NCBI GenBank assembly: GCA_045588245.1
Contig: JAZNDW010000001.1
Span: 204,338-268,337, forward strand
Source: Eubacteriales bacterium
GTDB lineage: Bacteria; Bacillota; Clostridia; Oscillospirales; CAG-272
Direction of reading: 5' to 3'
Length of the DNA stretch: 64,000 nt
The notes beneath the pieces were generated by a model, which saw only the letters and a list, made by a program, of their open reading frames with translations, was not told the origin of the DNA and searched no databases. The translations under genes were made by a program, and so were the position numbers. Shown here piece by piece: positions 1-12,936 of this stretch. Each line of letters starts with the position of its first letter. Position 1 is the stretch's first letter.

Positions 1-1
1 T

Positions 2-3000
2 CACACGACGTTCGGCACCATCATCGACAGCTTCTCTACCGATGATGCAGAGATCGCCGCCGTTTACGATGAATATATCGAGCTTCGTCAGCGTCTCGGA
101 CGCGAGAATAAGCCAATCTGCTTAATGGATATGGCAACGATCGGCGCACGCTATCTCAAAGCGACGGGCAAGCTCACCGACCTTGACGAATCCGAGGAGA
201 TCAACGCCTGCACCGTTAAGATCAAGATCGATCACGATGGCGAAGAAGAGGATTGGCTGCTCCTTTTCAAAAATGAAACTCACAACCATCCGACCGAAAT
301 AGAGCCGTTTGGCGGTGCCGCTACCTGTATCGGCGGCGCTAACCGCGACCCGCTCTCCGGACGCTCCTACGTTTATGCCGCAATGCGTGTGACAGGCGCT
401 GCCGATCCCACACTTCCCGTTGAAAAAACGCTTCACGGCAAGCTTCCGCAGTATAAGCTCGTAACGACCGCTGCCGCAGGATATTCCTCCTACGGTAACC
501 AGATCGGTCTTGCGACAGGCTCTGTTGACGAAATATATCACCCCGGCTACGTTGCAAAGCGCATGGAGATCGGTGCCGTACTCGGTGCTGCTCCTGCTGA
601 AAACGTTATCCGTCTGTCTCCCGAAGCAGGTGACGTTGTTATCCTTCTCGGCGGCAGAACGGGACGCGACGGCATCGGCGGTGCTACCGGATCATCCAAA
701 TCTCACACGACAGAATCTCTTTCCACTTGCGGCGCGGAAGTTCAGAAAGGCAACGCTCCCGAGGAGCGCAAGCTCCAGCGTTTGTTCCGTTCTCCCGAAG
801 CATCCAGACTTATCAAGAGATGTAACGATTTCGGCGCAGGCGGCGTTTCCGTCGCCGTCGGCGAGCTTGCCGACGGACTTATCATTGATCTTGACCGCGT
901 CCCGAAAAAGTACGACGGTCTTGACGGCACCGAGCTTGCGATCTCCGAATCGCAGGAGCGTATGGCTGTCGTTGTTGCGCCCTCTGATATGGACTGCTTC
1001 ATCGCTCTTGCGGAAGTGGAAAACCTCGAAGCGACGCACATCGCTACCGTCACAGCGGAGCCCCGTCTCGTTATGCGTAACGGCGGCCGCGTCATCGTTG
1101 ACATCAAGCGCGAGTTCCTCAACTCGAACGGTGCGCCGAAACACATTGACATAAAGGTTAAAGAGATCACTGATCACAGCGATCTGTACTCTGCCGATTG
1201 GAGCGGCAGCTTCACTGACGTTTGCCGCGCGCAGATGTCCGATCTGAACATCGCCTCAACACGCGGACTTTCCGAGCGTTTCGACGCCACGATCGGACGC
1301 GGAACGGTACTCATGCCGTTCGGCGGTAAGTATCAGCTCACTCCCGCATCCGCTATGGCTCATAAGATCCCCGTTGCAGAGGGTGATACAGAAACCGTAT
1401 CCTATATGGCGTGGGGCTACAACCCCTTCATCACCGAAAAGAGCCCCTATCACGGCGCTTACCTCGCCGTTATTGAATCGGCGGCAAAGCTCGTTGCATC
1501 GGGCGCGCCCGCTGACAAGGCTTGGCTCACGTTCCAGGAATATTTTCCGAAGCCGAAAACGGACGCATACCGTTGGGGTCTTCCCGCATCGGCTATCCTC
1601 GGTGCTCTCAAAGCACAGCTCGACCTCGAATTTGCCTCCATCGGCGGCAAGGACTCGATGAGCGGCTCGTTTGAGGACATTGACGTGCCTCCTACGCTCG
1701 TTTCCTTCGCCGTTTCCGTCGGCAAGGTCGGCGACGTTGTTTCCCCCGAATTCAAGGCAGCAGGCCGCCGCATCGTATGGCTCCGTCCCGAAAAGACGGA
1801 AAGCGGACTGCCCGAGATCACCTCATATAAAGCTATCGCCAAGGAAGCAGAATTGCTTCTTTCAAAGGGCGCGTGCGCGGCGGCAACTCCCGGCATCGGC
1901 GGTACACTTGCGGCTGTACTTAAAATGACGTTCGGCAACGGAATCGGCTGCAAGCTCAACGAAAACGTATCGCTTGACACACTCACCGAATACGCATACG
2001 GCTCGTTCATCATCGAGCTTCCCGAAGGTCTTGTGCCTGCGGTTCCTTACGTCGAGCTTGGCGTAACGACATCGGCTCGCACCGTCACCTACAACGGTGA
2101 GTCCGTAACCCTTGACGAGCTTTACTCCGAATACGAAGCAAAGCTCGAGGGCGTTTACCCCATTCACGCAAGAGAAACGAAGGACATCATCCCCGTGATC
2201 AGCTATAAAGCGGAAACTTATCCGACACCTGCCGTTATCGCGCCGAAGCCCCGTTTCCTTATCCCCGTATTCCCCGGCACGAACTGCGAATACGACTCCG
2301 CCGACGCTGTGCGCCGTGCGGGCGGCACACCCGAGATATTCGTTATCAACAACATGAGCTCCGCTCACGTTGCCGAATCCGTTACAAAATTCGCCTCTCT
2401 CATTCGCGAATCGCAGGCGATCTTCATTCCGGGCGGATTCTCCGGCGGTGATGAACCCGACGGTTCGGGCAAGTTCATCACGGCGTTCTTCCGCGCAGGC
2501 GCGATCAAGGACGAAGTCAACAAGCTTCTCAAGGTTCGCGGCGGTCTGATGTGCGGTATCTGCAACGGCTTCCAGGCGCTCATCAAGCTCGGTCTTGTTC
2601 CCTACGGTGAGATCACGGATCCCGATGAAAACGCACCGACGCTCACCTTCAACACGATCGGACGCCACCAGTCGAGAATCGTTTACACACGCGTTGCTTC
2701 CAACAAGTCTCCGTGGCTCATGGATGCCGCCGTCGGCGACATTCACGCCGTTCCGATCTCTCACGGTGAAGGACGCTTCATCGCTAACAACGATGTGCTC
2801 GCCGCTCTCATAGAAAACGGACAAATTGCAACACAATATGTTGACGAAATCGGCAATCCGACGTATAATATTAATTATAATCCGAACGGATCATTCCTCG
2901 CGGTCGAGGGTATCACCTCTCCCGACGGACGAGTCCTCGGTAAGATGGGACATAGCGAACGTGTAGGCGCAGGTCTATACAAGAATGTTCCCGGAAACTA

Positions 3001-3043
3001 CGATTCAGGCATATTCAACTCTGCAGTACGTTATTTCAAATAA
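2..3043 (+). CDS. purL: phosphoribosylformylglycinamidine (FGAM) synthase, single-chain PurL with fused glutamine amidotransferase; 5' end lies upstream of the window
   Basis: The reading frame is open from nt 2 ([11 protein letters not shown]...), so the Met at 125 in the ORF track is internal. It has PurM/AIRS-like repeats ([25 protein letters not shown]) and C-terminal class-I amidotransferase motifs (GICNGFQ ... SHGEGRF). Confidence 0.93.
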   Translation, partial: HTTFGTIIDSFSTDDAEIAAVYDEYIELRQRLGRENKPICLMDMATIGARYLKATGKLTDLDESEEINACTVKIKIDHDGEEEDWLLLFKNETHNHPTEIEPFGGAATCIGGANRDPLSGRSYVYAAMRVTGAADPTLPVEKTLHGKLPQYKLVTTAAAGYSSYGNQIGLATGSVDEIYHPGYVAKRMEIGAVLGAAPAENVIRLSPEAGDVVILLGGRTGRDGIGGATGSSKSHTTESLSTCGAEVQKGNAPEERKLQRLFRSPEASRLIKRCNDFGAGGVSVAVGELADGLIIDLDRVPKKYDGLDGTELAISESQERMAVVVAPSDMDCFIALAEVENLEATHIATVTAEPRLVMRNGGRVIVDIKREFLNSNGAPKHIDIKVKEITDHSDLYSADWSGSFTDVCRAQMSDLNIASTRGLSERFDATIGRGTVLMPFGGKYQLTPASAMAHKIPVAEGDTETVSYMAWGYNPFITEKSPYHGAYLAVIESAAKLVASGAPADKAWLTFQEYFPKPKTDAYRWGLPASAILGALKAQLDLEFASIGGKDSMSGSFEDIDVPPTLVSFAVSVGKVGDVVSPEFKAAGRRIVWLRPEKTESGLPEITSYKAIAKEAELLLSKGACAAATPGIGGTLAAVLKMTFGNGIGCKLNENVSLDTLTEYAYGSFIIELPEGLVPAVPYVELGVTTSARTVTYNGESVTLDELYSEYEAKLEGVYPIHARETKDIIPVISYKAETYPTPAVIAPKPRFLIPVFPGTNCEYDSADAVRRAGGTPEIFVINNMSSAHVAESVTKFASLIRESQAIFIPGGFSGGDEPDGSGKFITAFFRAGAIKDEVNKLLKVRGGLMCGICNGFQALIKLGLVPYGEITDPDENAPTLTFNTIGRHQSRIVYTRVASNKSPWLMDAAVGDIHAVPISHGEGRFIANNDVLAALIENGQIATQYVDEIGNPTYNINYNPNGSFLAVEGITSPDGRVLGKMGHSERVGAGLYKNVPGNYDSGIFNSAVRYFK

Positions 3044-3060
3044 TTGAAAGGGGATCTATC

Positions 3061-4563
3061 ATGGCAATCTTTTACAACGAACCGTCACATACCTTTAATG
3101 AGTATCTTCTGATACCGGGCTACACCTCCGCTGACTGCGTTACAGCGAACGTATCGCTCAAAACTCCGCTTGTAAAATTCCGCCGCGGAGAAGAACCTGC
3201 AATTTCTCTTAATATTCCCATGGTCTCTGCTATCATGCAGTCCGTTTCGGGCGACAGACTCGCCGTTGCACTTGCTCGCGAAGGCGGTATGTCATTTATT
3301 TACGGTAACCAGACGATCGAAGACGAGGCAGCAATGGTAGCTCGCGTTAAAGGCTACAAGGCAGGCTTTGTTCTCAGCGATTCCAACATTAAACCCACGG
3401 ACACGCTTGAAGACGTTCTTAGATTAAAGGAACAGACGGGTCACTCCACCGTTGCCGTTACAGACGACGGTACGGGCACAGGCAAGCTTCTCGGAATCGT
3501 TACCGGCCGTGATTACCGCGTAAGCCGCATGCAGATCACAGATAAAGTTGAAACGTTTATGACTCCCCTGCACCGTCTTGTAACTGCTCCCGAAGGCACG
3601 TCCTTAAAGGAAGCCAATGATATTATCTGGGATAACAAGCTTAATTCCCTTCCCATCGTTGACGCTGACGGTCATCTTTGCTCTTTCGTTTTCCGCAAGG
3701 ACTACGATCAGCATAAAATGAACCCAGATGAGCTTCTTGACGATCAGAAGCGTTACGTTGTAGGTGCAGGTATCAACACCCGCGACTATGAAAAGCGCGT
3801 TCCCGCGCTCGTTGAAGCAGGCGTTGACGTGCTTTGCATCGACTCTTCCGAAGGCTTTACCGAATGGCAGCGCCGTACCATCAATTTCATTCGTGAAAAG
3901 TACGGTGACACCATCAAGGTCGGCGCAGGTAACGTCGTTGACGCTGACGGCTTCCGTTTCCTGGCCGATTGCGGTGCAGACTTTGTTAAAGTCGGCATCG
4001 GCGGCGGCTCTATCTGCATCACACGCGAAACTAAGGGTATCGGCCGCGGACAGGCTACGGCTGTTATCGAAGTATGCAAGGAACGCGATAAGTACTTCGA
4101 AGAAACGGGTATCTACATTCCCGTTTGCTCCGACGGCGGTATCGTTCATGACCACCACATCACTCTCGCTCTCGCCATGGGCGCAGACTTCGTGATGCTC
4201 GGCAGATACTTCGCAAGATTTGAAGAAAGCCCCACAGAAAAGGTCAATATCAACGGCACTCTTATGAAGGAGTATTGGGGCGAAGGCTCCAACCGTGCCC
4301 GCAACTGGCAAAGATACGACCTCGGCGGAAAAACCACACTTACGTTTGAAGAAGGCGTTGATTCATACGTTCCCTATGCCGGTCTGCTTTCCGACAACGT
4401 TCAGACGACGCTCGCTAAGGTTAAGTCCACCATGTGCTCTTGCGGCGTACTTACGATTCCCGAACTTCAGAAGAACGCGAAGCTCACTCTCGTTTCCGCT
4501 GTCAGCATCGTGGAAGGCGGCGCTCACGACGTCGTTCAGAAGTCGACCGCAAAACCAGTATAA
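3061..4563 (+). CDS. guaB: IMP dehydrogenase (GuaB family, with CBS pair)
   Basis: The catalytic loop [13 protein letters not shown] and a CBS-pair insert are present, and the 500-aa length fits. GAAAGGGG lies upstream of the ATG, 17 nt after the purL stop. Confidence 0.88.
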   Translation: MAIFYNEPSHTFNEYLLIPGYTSADCVTANVSLKTPLVKFRRGEEPAISLNIPMVSAIMQSVSGDRLAVALAREGGMSFIYGNQTIEDEAAMVARVKGYKAGFVLSDSNIKPTDTLEDVLRLKEQTGHSTVAVTDDGTGTGKLLGIVTGRDYRVSRMQITDKVETFMTPLHRLVTAPEGTSLKEANDIIWDNKLNSLPIVDADGHLCSFVFRKDYDQHKMNPDELLDDQKRYVVGAGINTRDYEKRVPALVEAGVDVLCIDSSEGFTEWQRRTINFIREKYGDTIKVGAGNVVDADGFRFLADCGADFVKVGIGGGSICITRETKGIGRGQATAVIEVCKERDKYFEETGIYIPVCSDGGIVHDHHITLALAMGADFVMLGRYFARFEESPTEKVNINGTLMKEYWGEGSNRARNWQRYDLGGKTTLTFEEGVDSYVPYAGLLSDNVQTTLAKVKSTMCSCGVLTIPELQKNAKLTLVSAVSIVEGGAHDVVQKSTAKPV

Positions 4564-4596
4564 CATTTATATTTGAAAAAGGATAATATATTCATA

Positions 4597-6264
4597 ATGA
4601 AGACAGATATTGAAATCGCCCAGGCGGCGCAATTAACCCCTGTTACAAAGCTTGCAGAGGTTGCAGGCGTCTCTGCCGACAATCTTGAGCTGTACGGCAA
4701 CTACAAAGCAAAAGTCGATCTTTCGATCAAAGACGATCCCAACCTCAAAAACGGCAAACTCATTCTCGTTACAGCTATCACACCTACCCCTGCAGGTGAA
4801 GGTAAAACGACGACCACCATCGGTCTTGCCGACGCGCTTCGCCGTATCGGTAAAAATTCGCTCGTTGCTATCCGTGAACCCTCGCTCGGCCCCGTTTTCG
4901 GTGTTAAGGGCGGTGCCGCAGGCGGCGGCTATGCGCAGGTAATCCCGATGGAAGACATCAACCTGCACTTCACGGGCGATATTCACGCTATGGGCGCGGC
5001 AAATAACCTTCTTGCCGCAATGATCGACAACCATATTTACCAGGGCAACGCTCTCGGCATAGATCCCCGCAGAATCACGTGGCGCCGCTGCATTGACATG
5101 AACGACCGTCAGCTTCGTTACGTTACGGACGGCCTCGGCGGACGCGTCAACGGCACTCCCCGTGAGGACGGCTTTGACATCACCGTTGCATCCGAGATCA
5201 TGGCTGTTCTCTGCCTTTCCGACTCCATTTCCGACCTCAAGGCACGCCTTGCTCGCATCGTAGTCGGCTATACGTACGACGAAAAGCCCGTCACCGCAGG
5301 TGACCTCGGCGCCGTCGGCGCGCTTGCAGCGCTCCTCCGCGACGCTCTTAAGCCCAATCTCGTTGGAACACTCGAAGGCACGCCCGCATTCGTTCACGGC
5401 GGTCCGTTTGCAAACATCGCTCACGGCTGTAACTCCGTCGTTGCAACTAAAACGGCGATGAAGCTCGCCGATTATACCGTTACCGAAGCAGGCTTCGGTG
5501 CCGATCTTGGTGCTGAAAAGTTCCTTGACATTAAGTGCCGTGCTGCCGGACTCAATCCCGACGCAGTCGTTATCGTTGCTACGATCCGTGCGCTAAAAAT
5601 GCACGGCGGCGTTGACAAAAAGGAGCTTGGTCCCGAAAATCTCGAAGCACTTGAAAAGGGACTTCCGAACCTTCTCCGTCACGTAAAAAACATCACCGAA
5701 GTTTATAAGCTTCCCGCAGTCGTTGCTGTTAACCGTTTCCCCACGGATACCGATGCCGAGATCAATCTCGTTATCGAAAAGTGCGCCGCTCTCGGCGTAA
5801 AAGCTATCCTTTCGACAGTTTGGGCGAACGGCGGTGCCGGCGGTGTTGAGCTTGCTGAAGAGGTCGTACGTCTTTGTGACACTCCGAACAACTTCACCTT
5901 CAGCTACGATACTGACGCTTCCATCGAAGACAAGATCAACGCAGTCGTAACAAAGGTTTACGGCGGAGTTGGCGTTTCCTTCCTCCCTGCCGTTAAAAAA
6001 GAGATTGCAAAGCTCACCGCGCTCGGCTACGGCAATCTTCCCGTTTGCATCGCAAAGACGCAGTACAGCTTCTCCGACGATCCGACAAAGCTCGGTGCTC
6101 CCGAGAACTTCACCGTAACGGTTAAAAACGTTAAGGTATCCGCGGGTGCAGGCTTCATAGTCGTTCTTACAGGCGACATTATGACGATGCCCGGTCTGCC
6201 GAAGGTTCCCGCTGCTTGCGGAATCGATGTTGACGAAAACGGCGTTATCACCGGTCTGTTCTGA
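4597..6264 (+). CDS. fhs: formate--tetrahydrofolate ligase
   Basis: The P-loop [15 protein letters not shown] is present and the product is about 555 aa. I prefer ATG 4597 (MKTDIEIAQ...) to the TTG at 4573 used by the ORF track. Confidence 0.93.
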   Translation: MKTDIEIAQAAQLTPVTKLAEVAGVSADNLELYGNYKAKVDLSIKDDPNLKNGKLILVTAITPTPAGEGKTTTTIGLADALRRIGKNSLVAIREPSLGPVFGVKGGAAGGGYAQVIPMEDINLHFTGDIHAMGAANNLLAAMIDNHIYQGNALGIDPRRITWRRCIDMNDRQLRYVTDGLGGRVNGTPREDGFDITVASEIMAVLCLSDSISDLKARLARIVVGYTYDEKPVTAGDLGAVGALAALLRDALKPNLVGTLEGTPAFVHGGPFANIAHGCNSVVATKTAMKLADYTVTEAGFGADLGAEKFLDIKCRAAGLNPDAVVIVATIRALKMHGGVDKKELGPENLEALEKGLPNLLRHVKNITEVYKLPAVVAVNRFPTDTDAEINLVIEKCAALGVKAILSTVWANGGAGGVELAEEVVRLCDTPNNFTFSYDTDASIEDKINAVVTKVYGGVGVSFLPAVKKEIAKLTALGYGNLPVCIAKTQYSFSDDPTKLGAPENFTVTVKNVKVSAGAGFIVVLTGDIMTMPGLPKVPAACGIDVDENGVITGLF

Positions 6265-6279
6265 TCTCTTAAAAAAACG

Positions 6280-6318
6280 ATACGGCATCCGCAAGCAGTG
6301 CGGGTGCCGTATTTTATT
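6280..6318 (+). terminator. rho-independent terminator after fhs
   Basis: Stem ATACGGCATCCGC (6280-6292) pairs with GCGGGTGCCGTAT (6300-6312) with one G-U pair and a 7-nt loop. It is followed by TTTTATT. Confidence 0.75.
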
Positions 6319-6374
6319 GTCATTGTTGCGTGGGTGTAAATTACGTGAAATTTTATGCGACATTCGCGTCTGTA

Positions 6375-6413
6375 ATTGCATATTTATTCGATTATTTTCA
6401 AATTTTATTCAGA
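6375..6413. promoter_or_regulatory. pair of ARG boxes (ArgR/AhrC operator candidate) upstream of argG
   Basis: Two 18-mers, ATTGCATATTTATTCGAT (6375-6392) and TTTCAAATTTTATTCAGA (6396-6413), match TNTGAATWWWWATTCANW at 15/18 and 16/18. They are separated by 3 bp (21 bp centre to centre) and end 17 bp upstream of the argG -35. Confidence 0.55.
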
Positions 6414-6429
6414 ATTTGAAGAATTTATA

Positions 6430-6458
6430 TTGATTTTTATTCACATCTGTGATACAAT
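6430..6458 (+). promoter_or_regulatory. sigma-70-type promoter of argG-argH
   Basis: TTGATT (6430-6435), a 17-nt spacer, then TACAAT (6453-6458), with TG at -15/-14. Confidence 0.6.
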
Positions 6459-6530
6459 AGTCAAAATTTGAAATTGCCGAGGCAAAGCCTCCTCAATATA
6501 ATCACATTTCTCTCAAAAAGGAGATATAAA

Positions 6531-7769
6531 ATGAAAAACAAGAACGATATCAAAAAAGTCGTCCTCGCCTACTCCGGCGGTCTTGACACGTCTATCATCA
6601 TTCCGTGGCTGAAAGAAAACTATAACAACTGCGAAGTTATCGCCGTTTCGGGCGACGTCGGTCAGGGCACCGAGCTTGATGGACTCGAAGAAAAGGCACT
6701 CAAAACAGGTGCATCCAAGCTCTACATCGAGGACCTTAAGGAAGAATACATCGAAGAATACATCTGGCCGTGCCTCAAGGCTGACGCTAAATACGAAGAT
6801 TATCTGCTCGGCACCTCTCACGCACGCCCCTGCATCGCAAAGCGCATCGTTGAGATCGCGCTTGCGGAAGGCGCTGACGCTATCTGTCATGGCTGCACGG
6901 GTAAGGGCAACGACCAGGTACGTTTCGAGCTGACGATCAAAGCTTTCGCTCCCGATATGGCTATCATCGCGCCCTGGCGCGAATGGGATATCAAGTCCAG
7001 AGACGAAGAGATCGACTACGCTGAAGCTCACAATATCCCCCTCAAGATCAACCGCGAGACAAACTATTCGAAAGATAAAAACATCTGGCACCTCTCCCAC
7101 GAGGGACTTGATCTTGAATCTCCCGCAAACGAGCCCGACTACAAGAAGCCCGGCTTCCTTGAGCTCGGCGTTTGCCCCGAGGAAGCACCCGATACTCCCA
7201 CGTACGTTACGATCGACTTTGAAGCAGGTATCCCCGTTGCCGTCAACGGCGAAAAGATGGGTGCGGTTGAGCTCGTTACAACGCTCAACAAGCTCGGCGG
7301 AGAAAACGGCATCGGCATCCTCGATATCGTTGAAAACCGTCTTGTCGGCATGAAGAGCCGCGGCGTTTATGAAACGCCTGCAGGAACGATCCTTTATAAG
7401 GCTCACAACGTTCTTGAAACTATCACTCTCGATAAGGAAACCTTCCACTTCATAAACGCACAGATCGCGCCGAAGATGGCAGATCTCGTATATAACGGTC
7501 AGTGGTTCACTCCTCTGCGCGAAGCGCTCTCCGCTTTCGTTGACAAGGCGAACGAAAACGTCACAGGTACCGTTAAGCTTAAGCTCTACAAGGGCAACGT
7601 TATCAATGCAGGCGTTACGTCCCCCTACACGCTTTATGACGAAGTTACAGCTTCCTTCGGCGAGGATGAGGACTACAACCAGGCTGACTCCGAAGGCTTC
7701 ATAAACCTCTTCGGTCTTCCCATCAAGGTAAAGGCAAAGCTCGACAAAGAACGCGCGGCTAAGGCATAA
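6531..7769 (+). CDS. argG: argininosuccinate synthase
   Basis: The [12 protein letters not shown]-pyrophosphatase motif is present. The start is moved to ATG 6531 ([17 protein letters not shown]), which is preceded by AAAGGAG; the ORF-track start at 6468 has no RBS. Confidence 0.94.
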   Translation: MKNKNDIKKVVLAYSGGLDTSIIIPWLKENYNNCEVIAVSGDVGQGTELDGLEEKALKTGASKLYIEDLKEEYIEEYIWPCLKADAKYEDYLLGTSHARPCIAKRIVEIALAEGADAICHGCTGKGNDQVRFELTIKAFAPDMAIIAPWREWDIKSRDEEIDYAEAHNIPLKINRETNYSKDKNIWHLSHEGLDLESPANEPDYKKPGFLELGVCPEEAPDTPTYVTIDFEAGIPVAVNGEKMGAVELVTTLNKLGGENGIGILDIVENRLVGMKSRGVYETPAGTILYKAHNVLETITLDKETFHFINAQIAPKMADLVYNGQWFTPLREALSAFVDKANENVTGTVKLKLYKGNVINAGVTSPYTLYDEVTASFGEDEDYNQADSEGFINLFGLPIKVKAKLDKERAAKA

Positions 7770-7770
7770 A

Positions 7771-9150
7771 ATGAGCAACAAAGGTAAACTTTGGGAGGGA
7801 CGTCAGGGCGCAACAGACGCCGCCGCTGACGATTTCAACTCCTCGATCCGTATAGACTGCCGTATGTACCGCGAGGACATACGCGGAAGTATGGCGCACG
7901 CGGCGATGCTCGGCGCGAAAGGTATTATTCCCGTGACCGACGCCGACTTGATCATCTCTGAGCTTGGCAATATTTCAGACGAGATCGATTCGGGCAAGCT
8001 CGAAATCGATATGACGGCTGAGGATATTCACACATTTATCGAAGGCGAGCTGACTGCTCGCATCGGTGATGCGGGAAAGCGCTTGCACACAGCGAGAAGC
8101 CGCAACGATCAGGTCGCTGTTGACACGAGAATGTATCTGCGTGAGCGCTCGACAGAGGTGCGCGGGCTCATCGTCAAAGTTATAAAAGAGCTCACCGAAA
8201 AGGCGGCGGCTCATGCTGACGACGTTATGTCGGGCTACACGCATCTACAGCGCGCACAGCCCATCAGCTTCGGTCATCATCTGCTTGCATACGCGCAAAT
8301 GCTCGTCCGCGACGTATCAAGACTCGATGACGCGGTAGCGCGTATGAACGTTTCCCCACTCGGCGCAGGTGCGCTTGCAGGCACAGGATACCAGATAGAC
8401 CGCTTTATGACGGCGGACGCGCTCGGTTTTGACTCTCCTGCCGGAAACAGCATCGACGCCGTTTCCGACAGAGACTTCATAATTGAACTTTCGTCGGCGC
8501 TGTCGATACTGATGATGCATCTGTCAAGAATGTCGGAGGAATTCATTCTCTGGTCAAGCTGGGAATTTCACTACATCGAATTTTCGGACGCATACACGAC
8601 GGGCAGCTCCATCATGCCGCAGAAGAAAAATCCCGATATGGCAGAGCTTATCCGCGGAAAGACGGGCCGCGTTTACGGCAATCTTTTCTCGATCCTCACC
8701 GTTATGAAGGGACTTCCACTTGCATACAACAAGGATATGCAGGAGGACAAAGAAGCTGTCTTTGACAGCTTTGACACAGTCACCGCGTGCCTTTCCCTGC
8801 TCGCTCCGATGATCTCGACGATGACGGTACACACGGACGTGATGAAGAATGCCGCCGCACGCGGATTCATCAACGCGACTGACCTTGCCGACTACCTTAC
8901 GCTTCGCGGAATGCCCTTCCGCACGGCATATAAGCTCGTCGGCGAGCTTGTGGCACTTGCGATCAATGAGGGATGCGTGCTTGAAACGCTTCCGATCGAA
9001 CGCTACCGCGAAAGGAGCGACCTTTTTGATAACGATCTGTACTCTTACATTGACATGACGGCGTGCATGATGCGCCGCACGTCATACGGTGGAGCATCAC
9101 CCGAATCCGTCAGAGTTCAGGTAGAAGAACTGCGCAAGCTTTTTGAATAA
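7771..9150 (+). CDS. argH: argininosuccinate lyase
   Basis: The fumarate-lyase signature GSSIMPQKKNPD is present. The ATG is 1 nt after the argG stop. Confidence 0.94.
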   Translation: MSNKGKLWEGRQGATDAAADDFNSSIRIDCRMYREDIRGSMAHAAMLGAKGIIPVTDADLIISELGNISDEIDSGKLEIDMTAEDIHTFIEGELTARIGDAGKRLHTARSRNDQVAVDTRMYLRERSTEVRGLIVKVIKELTEKAAAHADDVMSGYTHLQRAQPISFGHHLLAYAQMLVRDVSRLDDAVARMNVSPLGAGALAGTGYQIDRFMTADALGFDSPAGNSIDAVSDRDFIIELSSALSILMMHLSRMSEEFILWSSWEFHYIEFSDAYTTGSSIMPQKKNPDMAELIRGKTGRVYGNLFSILTVMKGLPLAYNKDMQEDKEAVFDSFDTVTACLSLLAPMISTMTVHTDVMKNAAARGFINATDLADYLTLRGMPFRTAYKLVGELVALAINEGCVLETLPIERYRERSDLFDNDLYSYIDMTACMMRRTSYGGASPESVRVQVEELRKLFE

Positions 9151-9157
9151 GTTTTAT

Positions 9158-9192
9158 GTGGGAAGACGGTTGACCGTCTTCCCACGTTTTTT
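9158..9192 (+). terminator. rho-independent terminator after argH
   Basis: GTGGGAAGACGG (9158-9169), loop TTGA, CCGTCTTCCCAC (9174-9185), followed by GTTTTTT. Confidence 0.85.
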
Positions 9193-9234
9193 ATCGTCAC
9201 GTTATATTTGCACGCAGCGACGGATGTGTTTTCG

Positions 9235-11467
<2,233 letters not shown>

Positions 11468-11470
11468 CAG

Positions 11471-12031
11471 TCACACCCCGAAATATTCGCGTATTCCGCG
11501 ATATACGGCGCGTGCATAAAGCCCCGGGCTCTCCGCCATCAGCCTCGCTTCATTATAGTTTGTGATAAACCCAAGCTCAACGAGCGTTGCGGGCATTGCG
11601 GTGCGTCGCAAAACGTATAGCGACGGACGCGCGGACACGCCTCTGTTCGGCTCGCCCGTTGCCTCTGATATTGCATTTACGATACGTTCCGCGAGCGGAT
11701 ACGCCTCAGATGACGTGCTGTAAACGAACGCCTCCGTCCCCGATGCGCTCGGGATCGTTGATGCGTTTGCGTGAAGGCTGATGAAATAGTCAGCACCCCA
11801 TGTATTTGCGGCTTCAACACGCGCACGCAGGCTTGATGCAATGCTCGTGCCAAGCTGTGTTGACGGCGTCGGACGCGACAGCATAACTTCAAAATTGCCG
11901 TCCGCCCTCAACAGCTCGGCAAGCTGTACTCCGATCTCGTAAACGAGATCTTGCTCACGGTAGCCATTTCCTTCCGCGCCCGCGTTCGGATTTTGCGGAT
12001 TATGCCCCTGATCAATAAAAATTTTTATCAT
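11471..12031 (-). CDS. N-acetylmuramoyl-L-alanine amidase (Amidase_3 domain only)
   Basis: IFIDQGHN, SLHANA and TLVELGFI match Amidase_3 zinc-ligand and catalytic positions. No signal peptide or wall-binding domain is visible. Confidence 0.75.
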   Translation of the reverse strand: MIKIFIDQGHNPQNPNAGAEGNGYREQDLVYEIGVQLAELLRADGNFEVMLSRPTPSTQLGTSIASSLRARVEAANTWGADYFISLHANASTIPSASGTEAFVYSTSSEAYPLAERIVNAISEATGEPNRGVSARPSLYVLRRTAMPATLVELGFITNYNEARLMAESPGLYARAVYRGIREYFGV

Positions 12032-12098
12032 GCCAAACTCCTATATCACGTGATCCTATTTATCATGTTATGCACGGAGTGCGGCTACGGAGACAAAA

Positions 12099-12875
12099 AT
12101 GGACGATTTTCAAAAGCTTTTAAGCTATTGCAGACGTGCGATAGAGGACTATCGCATGATAGAAGACGGCGACCGCGTCGTCGTCGGCGTTTCGGGCGGT
12201 AAGGATTCGCTTGCTCTTTTGTGTGCGATGGCGGCGATCCGCGACTTTTTGCCCGAACGGTTTGAGCTTTTTGCAGTAACGCTCGATATGGGCTTTCAAG
12301 GAATGGACTTTTCGCCCATCGAAGAGTTCTGCCGCACCTTAAACGTGCCGTATACGATAATAAAAACGCAGATCGCCGAAATCATTTTCGATATCCGTAA
12401 AGAGAAAAATCCTTGCGCGCTCTGCGCGAAGATGCGCCGCGGCGCACTTCACGATGCAGTCCGCAATCTTGGCTGTAACAAGCTTGCGCTCGGTCACCAT
12501 AACGACGACGTCGTTGACACGTTTATGCTGAATCTTTTGCATGGAAGCCGTCTTTCGACGTTTCAGCCCGTTACATATCTGTCGCGCAAGGACATCACAA
12601 TGATCCGTCCGTTTATTTATGCGCATGAGTACGAGATCAGGCATTACGTCGAGGAGTTTTCGCTTCCCGTTGTCAAGAGCACCTGCCCCGCTGACGGCGG
12701 AACAGAGCGCGAAGAAATGAAGAACCTGCTCTCAACGCTGAACCGAGATTATCCCGACGTGCGAAACCGCATCTTCGGCGCGATTGAACGTGCCAAGATC
12801 GACGGATGGCAGGAGCACCCGAAAGGCAGACGCCGTCTCGGACGCAAGCCGCAGGCGGAAGAAAATCCCGATTAA
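12099..12875 (+). CDS. ttcA: PP-loop ATPase of the TtcA family (tRNA 2-thiocytidine biosynthesis-like)
   Basis: It has the SGGKDS PP-loop and Cys motifs CALCAKMRRG and STCPADGG. The C-terminal tail is basic. Confidence 0.75.
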   Translation: MDDFQKLLSYCRRAIEDYRMIEDGDRVVVGVSGGKDSLALLCAMAAIRDFLPERFELFAVTLDMGFQGMDFSPIEEFCRTLNVPYTIIKTQIAEIIFDIRKEKNPCALCAKMRRGALHDAVRNLGCNKLALGHHNDDVVDTFMLNLLHGSRLSTFQPVTYLSRKDITMIRPFIYAHEYEIRHYVEEFSLPVVKSTCPADGGTEREEMKNLLSTLNRDYPDVRNRIFGAIERAKIDGWQEHPKGRRRLGRKPQAEENPD

Positions 12876-12890
12876 CGAATCATAAAAGCG

Positions 12891-12925
12891 AAAACCGACA
12901 GACTACCATGTAGTCTGTCGGTTTT
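12891..12925. terminator. bidirectional terminator between the convergent ttcA-like and GHL10 genes
   Basis: CCGACAGACTA (12895-12905) pairs with TAGTCTGTCGG (12911-12921). The hairpin is flanked by AAAA on the left and TTTT on the right. Confidence 0.85.
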
Positions 12926-12936
12926 ATTAATTCAAT

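Noticed and set aside
1862-2836. 324-aa minus-strand ORF inside purL
   Set aside because: It is a codon-registered antisense shadow of purL, with no start-site signals.
6513-7781. 422-aa minus-strand ORF
   Set aside because: It is a codon-registered antisense shadow of argG.
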